Shown in pieces: positions 19,471 through 26,417 of a stretch of DNA of 64,000 nt (positions are counted from its first letter, which is position 1; every line of letters starts with the position of its first letter). The translations under genes were made by a program, and so were the position numbers. This DNA is from Clostridia bacterium (GTDB lineage Bacteria; Bacillota; Clostridia; Christensenellales; QALW01): contig JAZNSH010000065.1 of assembly GCA_045591115.1 (NCBI GenBank), forward strand, positions 12,322-76,321, written 5' to 3'. The notes beneath the pieces were generated by a model. It was not told where the DNA came from and made no database searches. It saw only the letters and a program-made list of their open reading frames with translations.

Positions 19471-20205
19471 ATGAAATGTATTATTCTTGCGGCAGGTTAC
19501 GCAACAAGGCTTTATCCCTTAACTGAAAATTTTCCCAAGCCGTTGCTTGAAGTGCAGGGAAAGGCGATTCTCGATTGGCTTATTGAAGATATTGATATGT
19601 CAAATGAGGTTGACGAATATATAGTAATTTCCAATCACAAGTTTTATGAGCATTTTGCGTCCTGGGCAAAAGACAGAAGTAATATCACCGTAGTTGATGA
19701 CGGTACAAGCACTAACGAGACTCGCCTTGGCGCAGTTTGTGATATTCAGTTTGCCATAGAAAAACTTGATCTTGATGATGATATGCTCGTTATTGCAGGC
19801 GATAATCTTCTTGATTTCAGCCTTTGCAAATTTATTGAATATGCTAAAAAGAAAAATACTTCCTGCATAATGCGCTATTATGAGCCTGAATTTAAAAAAC
19901 TCTTAAAATGCGGTGTCGTTACCATTGATGAAAACGATAAGATCCTCAATATGACCGAAAAATCACCTGAACCTGCTACCCATTGGTGCTGTCCTCCTTT
20001 CTATTATTACACTAAAGAGGATGCTCGCCTTGTTAAAAAAGGTATTGAGGCAGGCTGCGGAACAGATGCACCGGGCAGTTATATTGCTTGGCTTTCCGGG
20101 GTTACACCTGTTCACGCTTTTGAGATGCCCGGCAAACGCTATGATATCGGCAATCTTGAAAGCTATGAAAAAGTACAGAAAGAATATGAGGGAATAAAAT
20201 GTTAA
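19471..20205 (+). CDS. Sugar-1-phosphate nucleotidylyltransferase
   Basis: MKCIILAAGYATRLYPLTENFPKPLLEV is the GxGTRL-type signature. Confidence 0.8.
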   Translation: MKCIILAAGYATRLYPLTENFPKPLLEVQGKAILDWLIEDIDMSNEVDEYIVISNHKFYEHFASWAKDRSNITVVDDGTSTNETRLGAVCDIQFAIEKLDLDDDMLVIAGDNLLDFSLCKFIEYAKKKNTSCIMRYYEPEFKKLLKCGVVTIDENDKILNMTEKSPEPATHWCCPPFYYYTKEDARLVKKGIEAGCGTDAPGSYIAWLSGVTPVHAFEMPGKRYDIGNLESYEKVQKEYEGIKC

Positions 20206-21257
20206 CACCAAACGTTCAATTAAAAGATAAGGTTGTTCTTGTAACGGGCGCGGCAGGCTTTATCGGTTCAAATCTTTGCGAGGTTCTTTTTAAAGAGGGC
20301 GCAAAAGTTATCGGTCTTGATAATATGAATGACTATTATGACGTTTCAATTAAAGAGTACCGCCTTGAAAAGTTAAATAAGCTCGATCCTACCTGGACTT
20401 TTATTAAGGGCAATATTGCAGATCGCGCACTTATTGATAAGATTTTTGAGGAATACAAGCCTCAGGTTGTGGTAAATCTTGCGGCTCAGGCAGGCGTAAG
20501 ATATTCAATTACCAACCCTGATGTGTATATTGAATCAAACATCATCGGATTTTATAATATTCTTGAAGCGTGCAGACATAATCCCGTTGAACATCTTGTG
20601 TATGCATCAAGCTCATCAGTTTACGGTTCAAACAAGAAGATTCCTTATTCAACGGATGATAAGGTAGATAATCCCGTTTCCCTTTATGCGGCAACGAAGA
20701 AATCTAACGAGCTTCTTGCACATTCTTACAGCAAGCTCTATAATATTCCGTCAACGGGACTTCGCTTTTTCACAGTTTACGGCCCTGCAGGCAGACCTGA
20801 TATGGCCTATTTCGGCTTCACCAACAAGCTTCTTAAAGGTGAAACAATTGAAATATTCAATTTCGGCAACTGCAAGCGCGATTTCACTTACGTTGATGAT
20901 ATCGTTGAAGGCGTTAAGCGCGTTATGTGCTGTGCTCCTGAAAAAGTAAACGGGGAAGATGGACTTCCTTTGCCTCCCTACAGAGTATATAATATAGGTA
21001 ACAACAGTCCTGAAAATCTGCTTGATTTTGTTGATATTCTTCAACAAGAGCTTGTTTCGGCAGGCGTTTTACCTGAGGATTATGACTTTGAAGCACATAA
21101 AAAGCTTGTGCCTATGCAGGCAGGCGACGTGCCCATAACTTATGCTGACGTATCTCAGCTTGAAAAGGATTTTGGTTTTAAACCGTCAACAACGCTTAGG
21201 CAAGGCTTGAGAAACTTTGCCAAGTGGTATAAAGAATTTTATCTCGATAAAAAATAA
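20199..21257 (+). CDS. NAD-dependent epimerase, UDP-glucuronate 4-epimerase-like
   Basis: VTGAAGFIGSNL, YASSSSVYG and YAATKKSNE (YxxxK). The overall pattern matches Cap1J/LpsL-type epimerases. The start overlaps the upstream stop. Confidence 0.75.
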   Translation: MLTPNVQLKDKVVLVTGAAGFIGSNLCEVLFKEGAKVIGLDNMNDYYDVSIKEYRLEKLNKLDPTWTFIKGNIADRALIDKIFEEYKPQVVVNLAAQAGVRYSITNPDVYIESNIIGFYNILEACRHNPVEHLVYASSSSVYGSNKKIPYSTDDKVDNPVSLYAATKKSNELLAHSYSKLYNIPSTGLRFFTVYGPAGRPDMAYFGFTNKLLKGETIEIFNFGNCKRDFTYVDDIVEGVKRVMCCAPEKVNGEDGLPLPPYRVYNIGNNSPENLLDFVDILQQELVSAGVLPEDYDFEAHKKLVPMQAGDVPITYADVSQLEKDFGFKPSTTLRQGLRNFAKWYKEFYLDKK

Positions 21258-21383
21258 ATAAAGAATATAATTGCAAACTTTGTTGCCATAGGAAACACCA
21301 TAGGGACGAGGTCGCAACTGTATATTTTACGCGGACAGAATAACTCTGCCTGCGTGATAACACATATTTAAGGAGAGTGTTTT

Positions 21384-22568
21384 ATGAAAATAGCAGTAGC
21401 AGGAACCGGTTATGTGGGACTTTCTGTGGCAGTTCTTTTGTCCAGACATAATACGGTTAAAGCGGTGGATGTTATTCCCGCCAAGGTTGAAATGATCAAC
21501 AACAGAAAATCACCTATAAAGGATAATGAGATCGAGGAATTTTTCAAAAATGAAGAGCTTGATCTTGAAGCAACCTTAGATGGCGATAGTGCGTATAGAG
21601 ATGCGGATATTGTAATAATATCTACGCCCACCAATTATGATGAAAAAAAGAACTATTTTGATACTTCTACTGTTGAAAAGGTTATTCAGCAGGTGATAAA
21701 AGCCAACCCCGATGCGGTAATGATTATAAAATCAACAGTTCCCGTTGGCTTCACAAATGCCGTAAGAGAGAAGTATACTTGCGATAATATTCTTTTCAGC
21801 CCTGAATTTCTACGGGAAGGCAGAGCGTTATACGACAACCTTTATCCCAGCAGAATCATTGTGGGCGTTCCCGTAAAAAATGCACGGTTGTATAAGTATG
21901 CACAATTATTTGCGGAACTGTTAAAGCAAGGTGCTGAAAAGGAAAATATTGAAGTAAGATTTATGGAACCTACCGAAGCAGAAGCAGTTAAGCTTTTTTC
22001 CAATACTTATCTTGCCTTAAGAGTTTCCTTTTTTAACGAGCTTGATACTTATGCCGCAGTTCGCGGACTTGACAGTAGGTCCATAATTGAAGGAGTAGGT
22101 CTTGATCCCAGAATCGGAGATCACTATAATAATCCATCCTTTGGCTATGGCGGATATTGTCTTCCTAAGGACACCAAGCAACTGCTGGCAAACTATAATG
22201 ACGTGCCTCAGAATATTATATCGGCAATAGTTTCTGCAAACGGAACGCGAAAGGATTTTATAGCGGATCAGATAATTGCCAAAAATCCTAAGATCGTAGG
22301 GGTTTATAGGTTGACAATGAAGTTTGGCAGTGATAACTTCCGTCAAAGCTCAGTGCAGGGCGTAATGAAGCGAATAAAAGCAAAGGGCATAGAAGTTGTG
22401 GTTTATGAGCCTACTATGCGTGATGATACCTTCTTTAACAGCCGCGTTATTCGCGATATCAATGAGTTTAAAGAGATATCTGACGTGATCATTGCAAACA
22501 GATATCACGACGAGATAAAGGACGTTATTGATAAAGTCTATACGAGAGACCTTTATTTCAGGGATTAA
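21384..22568 (+). CDS. ugd: UDP-glucose 6-dehydrogenase
   Basis: [14 protein letters not shown] Rossmann fold and catalytic region [19 protein letters not shown]. Confidence 0.9.
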   Translation: MKIAVAGTGYVGLSVAVLLSRHNTVKAVDVIPAKVEMINNRKSPIKDNEIEEFFKNEELDLEATLDGDSAYRDADIVIISTPTNYDEKKNYFDTSTVEKVIQQVIKANPDAVMIIKSTVPVGFTNAVREKYTCDNILFSPEFLREGRALYDNLYPSRIIVGVPVKNARLYKYAQLFAELLKQGAEKENIEVRFMEPTEAEAVKLFSNTYLALRVSFFNELDTYAAVRGLDSRSIIEGVGLDPRIGDHYNNPSFGYGGYCLPKDTKQLLANYNDVPQNIISAIVSANGTRKDFIADQIIAKNPKIVGVYRLTMKFGSDNFRQSSVQGVMKRIKAKGIEVVVYEPTMRDDTFFNSRVIRDINEFKEISDVIIANRYHDEIKDVIDKVYTRDLYFRD

Positions 22569-22581
22569 AGAATTATAAAGG

Positions 22582-22620
22582 GCGTCAGCATGGTGCTTTT
22601 GTGCTGACGCTTTTATATTT
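22582..22620 (+). terminator. Rho-independent terminator ending the polysaccharide locus
   Basis: A 9-bp stem (gcgtcagca/tgctgacgc), then ttttatatttt. Confidence 0.8.
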
Positions 22621-22668
22621 TATTCCTTATTTTATAAAAATTTATTTCCTATAATAATAAAAAATTGA

Positions 22669-22697
22669 TTGACAAGAAAAATAGTTTATAATATAAT
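22669..22697 (+). promoter_or_regulatory. Sigma-A-like promoter for the tRNA pair
   Basis: TTGACA, 17 nt, TATAAT, preceded by an AT-rich UP-like tract. The tRNA starts 16 nt downstream of the -10. Confidence 0.65.
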
Positions 22698-22713
22698 ATC
22701 TACGTTAATCGAT

Positions 22714-22789
22714 GGGAGCATAGCTCAGCTGGGAGAGCATCTGCCTTACAAGCAGAGGGTCATAGGTTCGAGCCCTATTGTTCCCACCA
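22714..22789 (+). tRNA. tRNA-Val (anticodon TAC), CCA encoded
   Basis: Hand-folded cloverleaf: acceptor GGGAGCA/TGTTCCC, D arm GCTC/GAGC, anticodon stem TCTGC/GCAGA with loop CTTACAA, T arm ATAGG-TTCGAGC-CCTAT. Confidence 0.93.
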
Positions 22790-22797
22790 TCATATTT

Positions 22798-22874
22798 GGC
22801 CCGGTAGCTCAGCTGGTTAGAGCGCTAGCCTGTCACGCTAGAGGTCGTGGGTTCGAGCCCCATCCGGGTCGCCA
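22798..22874 (+). tRNA. tRNA-Asp (anticodon GTC), CCA encoded
   Basis: Acceptor GGCCCGG/CCGGGTC, anticodon stem CTAGC/GCTAG with loop CTGTCAC, T arm GTGGG-TTCGAGC-CCCAT. Confidence 0.93.
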
Positions 22875-22902
22875 AAAGCACTTCAATTTGAAGTGCTTTT
22901 TT
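22875..22902 (+). terminator. Hairpin plus T-run directly after tRNA-Asp
   Basis: An 11-bp stem (aaagcacttca/tgaagtgcttt) with a 3-nt loop, then TTT. Confidence 0.75.
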
Positions 22903-22924
22903 AATATGCGAAAGGAAATGAAAG

Positions 22925-23650
22925 ATGAACTGGTTGCATTGTGTTTTTCTTGTGTTTGTTGGAGCAGGTGCGGGATTCGTGCAAAGAGTAAGCGGATTTG
23001 GGCTGGGTATATTTGCAATGCTTTTTATGCCCCACTTTATGCCTTCACATACGGCGTCAGCATCAATTTCATCTATATTTTCTTGTGTAACGTCAGGCTT
23101 TAATGCGGTCAAATACAGAAAAAAAGTTGACTTCAGAATCTCTTTGCCGATGATCATTGCTTCTGTTATTACAATATCTGTTGCGGTGTATTTTTCTTCC
23201 GTTGTATCGGGAAGAATATTTAAAATTCTTTTAGGCAGTGTTCTTATATTATTAAGTTTATATTTTTTGTTTTTTGACAGAAAAATAAAAATTGGGTCCA
23301 GTATTACCAATGGCATTATTTCGGGATCTTTAAGCGGTATTTTAAGCGGTCTTTTTTCAACGGGCGGACCTCCCGTAGTACTTTATTTAAGCAAAGCCAC
23401 AAATGATAATATTGTGTATTTTGCGACCATACAGTTTTTCTTTTTAATTACCAACGTTTATGCAACGGTGATGCGTGCTGTAAACGGATTAGTTGATTTA
23501 GATATCATATTGTATGCCTTAATTGGTCTTGTTGGTTGTATGATCGGTGATTTTATCGGAAGCAAGGTTTTTGATAAGCTCGATTCTCAAAAATTAAAAA
23601 TGGTAATATACATTGGTATGATAATAAGCGGAATAGTTCTTTTTATTTAA
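22925..23650 (+). CDS. TauE/SafE (DUF81) family anion exporter membrane protein
   Basis: GAGAGFVQRVSGFGLGI in the first half and GILSGLFSTGGPPVV in the second half. Polytopic. Confidence 0.8.
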   Translation: MNWLHCVFLVFVGAGAGFVQRVSGFGLGIFAMLFMPHFMPSHTASASISSIFSCVTSGFNAVKYRKKVDFRISLPMIIASVITISVAVYFSSVVSGRIFKILLGSVLILLSLYFLFFDRKIKIGSSITNGIISGSLSGILSGLFSTGGPPVVLYLSKATNDNIVYFATIQFFFLITNVYATVMRAVNGLVDLDIILYALIGLVGCMIGDFIGSKVFDKLDSQKLKMVIYIGMIISGIVLFI

Positions 23651-23676
23651 GCGTTCTTTAGGGAACGCTTTTTTTA
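23650..23676 (+). terminator. Rho-independent terminator
   Basis: A 7-bp stem (agcgttc/gaacgct), then a T7 run. Confidence 0.65.
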
Positions 23677-23724
23677 TACATATTTTTTGTTTTTTCTCAT
23701 ATTTATTGAGAAGAGGTGATTTAT

Positions 23725-24090
23725 GTGAAAAAAACAAATCTGATTATTTCATTATTAAAAGGAACGCTTGTTGCGGTTGGCTTTACAGTTATCGGTGTTG
23801 CGGCTCTTGCGCTCTTTGCAAAGGATGCTGAAGGAAGTTCGTTAAAAATATTCGCACTTGCGATAAAAATTATAAGCATAGTTTTAGGTGTTGTCGTTTC
23901 GGCAATGAAAATCAGAAAGCGTGGGGCAGTGGTAGGAGCATCAGTGGCTTGTGCCTATTGGATATTGAGCTTATTGCTTTCAATATTGGTTGAACCGCTT
24001 AGCCTTTCTGTTAAAATGGCAGGAGATTTACTGTTATCCTGCATTATGGGCGGGTTAGCAGGAATACTTACAGTAAATGCCCTTAAATAA
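23725..24090 (+). CDS. Small integral membrane protein (4 predicted helices), possibly YrzE/TIGR04086-like
   Basis: GTG start 6 nt after GAGGTG. Four hydrophobic segments. Its position just upstream of the SecD-like gene recalls Bacillus yrzE. The family call is tentative. Confidence 0.55.
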   Translation: MKKTNLIISLLKGTLVAVGFTVIGVAALALFAKDAEGSSLKIFALAIKIISIVLGVVVSAMKIRKRGAVVGASVACAYWILSLLLSILVEPLSLSVKMAGDLLLSCIMGGLAGILTVNALK

Positions 24091-24134
24091 AATAAAAAAA
24101 TAGTGAAATTTTATGGCATAAATAAATGTTCATC

Positions 24135-24163
24135 TTGACTAATTTTAAATCTTCATATATAAT
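24135..24163 (+). promoter_or_regulatory. Sigma-A-like promoter upstream of the SecD-like gene
   Basis: TTGACT, 17 nt, TATAAT. Confidence 0.55.
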
Positions 24164-24233
24164 ATAGAAAGATTTTTATACTGTATTATTATGTACATTA
24201 TAAATTAAGTTCTATAAAAGGAGTTGCACTTCA

Positions 24234-25487
24234 ATGAAGATGAAAAATCTTGTTAAGTTGATTTGCCTGTTGGTCATAATCGCAGCATTGAGTTTATGGG
24301 CCTTCGGTGCAAATGTATCCATCTTTGGTAAAAAGTTTGTTGCCTGGGATGAAGCTATGTTAACGGGTAACGATATCGATAAGTCGATGGTATTCGTTTA
24401 CAACGTTGCTAAACCTGAAAAGGTTGAGAATTTTGACGTTCATAAGGAAACTTTAAATGCGGTTGACGTAATAAGTAAGCGTGCAGAATTCTGGGACTAT
24501 AAGGGCGTTACTGTAAGAGTTGAGGGTAACGATAATGTTGTTGTTACTATGCCTCTCAGTGTATATCGCTCAGGAATTGAAACAGTGTTTGGATATAACG
24601 GTAATATCACCGTTAAGGACAGCAGCAAAAACACAGTATTTACAAGTGCTGATATAGAGGGTGCTTCACTTGTCGGCTATGAGCAGACAAATTCAGGCTT
24701 AATCTATTATATTGATGTTTTCTTTAATGATGAAGCAGAGGCAAAGCTTGAGGAAATCACTTCAAACGGTGCTTACAGCTTGACCTTTGCTCTTGATGAA
24801 AGCCTTACGACATCAACCTTGACCGGTAGTGATGCGATTAAAAACGGCACTGCATCATTGAAATTCACATCAGGTGCTGAGGAGTTTGAATTGTGTGCAA
24901 ACTCAGGTGCCATTGAGGGTGCTATTACTCTTCAGGGAAATTCAGTTGTAACGGGTACCGCAGGAGAGGATGCAGGATGCGTTATTGCTACTGCTGCACT
25001 TGTTATTCTTCTTGCTACCTTGTTATATTTCCTTCTTTCAAGTAAGCTTCTTGGCCTTGCCGCAACACTTTCAGCATTTATCGGATTCCTTGTGTATGAT
25101 TTCTTCGCAGCAACCTTTAACTGGTTACTTGTTGATGCAGGCGCAATAGCAGGTATGCTTGTTGGTGTGCTTATGATGATCTTTGCACACATCTTCGTTC
25201 TTAATGAAGTTACAAAGCAGTATATAAAGGGTAAGGACGTTGTTTCAGCTCTTGATAACGGCTCATATGAAGCAAGAAAGTTCATTTTAGAGCTTGCATT
25301 TGTAGCAGTAGTTATCGGTGTTGGCTTCTGGATTGTTGGCGCAGGCTTTGCATCCTTCGGCATTACGTTGATGGGCGGTGCAGTTGTTGCTGCAATCACG
25401 TCAGTTTTCGTGTTTAAATTTGTTGCAAAGATTTTTGTTGGCTTAGGCGCAAGCAATAAAGCAATGGGTCTTAAGAGGGGTGAGTAA
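24234..25487 (+). CDS. secD: SecD-like protein-export membrane protein (divergent)
   Basis: N-terminal TM, an extracytoplasmic domain of about 230 aa, then a C-terminal 5-TM bundle. The segment AIAGMLVGVLMMIFAHIFVLNEVTKQYIKGKDVVSALDNG aligns by eye with the SecD GIAG...VDANV...ERI...G.....AI..G region. It lies at the canonical position upstream of recJ. Confidence 0.65.
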   Translation: MKMKNLVKLICLLVIIAALSLWAFGANVSIFGKKFVAWDEAMLTGNDIDKSMVFVYNVAKPEKVENFDVHKETLNAVDVISKRAEFWDYKGVTVRVEGNDNVVVTMPLSVYRSGIETVFGYNGNITVKDSSKNTVFTSADIEGASLVGYEQTNSGLIYYIDVFFNDEAEAKLEEITSNGAYSLTFALDESLTTSTLTGSDAIKNGTASLKFTSGAEEFELCANSGAIEGAITLQGNSVVTGTAGEDAGCVIATAALVILLATLLYFLLSSKLLGLAATLSAFIGFLVYDFFAATFNWLLVDAGAIAGMLVGVLMMIFAHIFVLNEVTKQYIKGKDVVSALDNGSYEARKFILELAFVAVVIGVGFWIVGAGFASFGITLMGGAVVAAITSVFVFKFVAKIFVGLGASNKAMGLKRGE

Positions 25488-25488
25488 T

Positions 25489-26343
25489 ATGAAGAAACTT
25501 TCAGTTGTTTTAGCAGTTGTTGTAGCGGCAGTATTACTTATCGCCGGTGTTGTTATGGGCTTTGATCGCGGTGCTGACGTTGGTGGTGCATATACATTTA
25601 CCGCAATCCTCAATGAAAAATTTGAAATTTCTGATGTTGAGGAAATCGTTAATCAGGCTGGAGCAAAGGGCTGTGTTGTTCAGAAATATGTTAATGAAAT
25701 AAACGGCACATTTAAGGATGCCGGTGCGGCATTTATCAGTTTTGAAGCAGATACTGCTGAAGAAGCAGTTGAGATTTACAATAAAACAAACGATCTTTTA
25801 AGTGAAAAGTATTTCCTCAGCTATTCCGAGGAGCTTACAAACAGATCATCAACTCTTGATAAAGATGCTGTTATTTCAATGTGGCCTGCAATAATTATTG
25901 CAGTTATTATGATTGCATACGTATTTATCAGATTCAGTGCGAAGATGGGCGTTTGCTCCATTATAAATATGTTCACTGTAGGCGCTGCAACTCTTGGTCT
26001 TGTTGGCGTTTTAGGCATCAAGATTACCGGTTACACAATTCCTGCATTGATGATTGGTTGTGCACTTGCATATGCATTTACAGTTATCCTTGCACTTTTA
26101 TTGAAGAGTAACCTTGCTAAGTTAGATAGCAAACAAGAAGCAATCAGCGTGTCAGTTAAGCAAAATAACAGTTTTGTTGCAGTTGTTTCGGCAATAGCCG
26201 CAATCGGCTTTGCAGTGGTGCTTATTATTGGCGGTGCAATGCTTTCAAACTTTGCAGTTACCGCACTTATTGGTATTGTTATAAACGCTGCTGTGACAAT
26301 GCTTATTATGCCTGGAATGTTAAACGGTTCAAAAAAGGCTTAA
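25489..26343 (+). CDS. secF: SecF-like protein-export membrane protein (divergent)
   Basis: GFDRGADVGGAYTF is like the SecF GIDFTGGT motif. The C-terminal FAVTALIGIVINAAVTMLIM is like the SecF FALALLIGIVVGTYSS segment. The gene starts 1 nt after the SecD-like stop. Confidence 0.65.
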   Translation: MKKLSVVLAVVVAAVLLIAGVVMGFDRGADVGGAYTFTAILNEKFEISDVEEIVNQAGAKGCVVQKYVNEINGTFKDAGAAFISFEADTAEEAVEIYNKTNDLLSEKYFLSYSEELTNRSSTLDKDAVISMWPAIIIAVIMIAYVFIRFSAKMGVCSIINMFTVGAATLGLVGVLGIKITGYTIPALMIGCALAYAFTVILALLLKSNLAKLDSKQEAISVSVKQNNSFVAVVSAIAAIGFAVVLIIGGAMLSNFAVTALIGIVINAAVTMLIMPGMLNGSKKA

Positions 26344-26356
26344 TGTGTTTCTAAGG

Positions 26357-26397
26357 AAACTCCCTTCTGCACGGCTGAAGGGAGTTTTGTGTATTTT
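26357..26397 (+). terminator. Rho-independent terminator
   Basis: An 11-bp stem (aaactcccttc/gaagggagttt), then a T-rich tail. Confidence 0.75.
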
Positions 26398-26417
26398 ATT
26401 TATTTTTCGGAGGGATT

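Noticed and set aside
21258-21383. A 126-nt spacer before ugd. It holds a direct repeat CCATAGG...CCATAGG and a 10-bp imperfect hairpin (acgcggacag...ctgcctgcgt, about 21330-21357).
   Set aside because: No T-run follows the hairpin and no convincing -35/-10 pair is present. I recognise no known RNA motif and cannot tell an internal promoter or processing site from neutral spacer.
22669-23103. A 144-aa plus-strand ORF spanning the tRNA region.
   Set aside because: It reads straight through two well-folded tRNA genes and their terminator, so the ORF is an artefact.
24932-25456. A 174-aa antisense ORF inside the SecD-like gene. Similar antisense or alternative-frame ORFs occur at 22825-23316, 36869-37216, 44615-44989, 46320-46685, 50761-51267, 51670-52023, 52735-53091 and 57012-57347.
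   Set aside because: Each overlaps a strongly supported gene on the other strand or in another frame. They lack ribosome-binding sites and translate to low-complexity or family-less sequence, so they are ordinary shadow ORFs.
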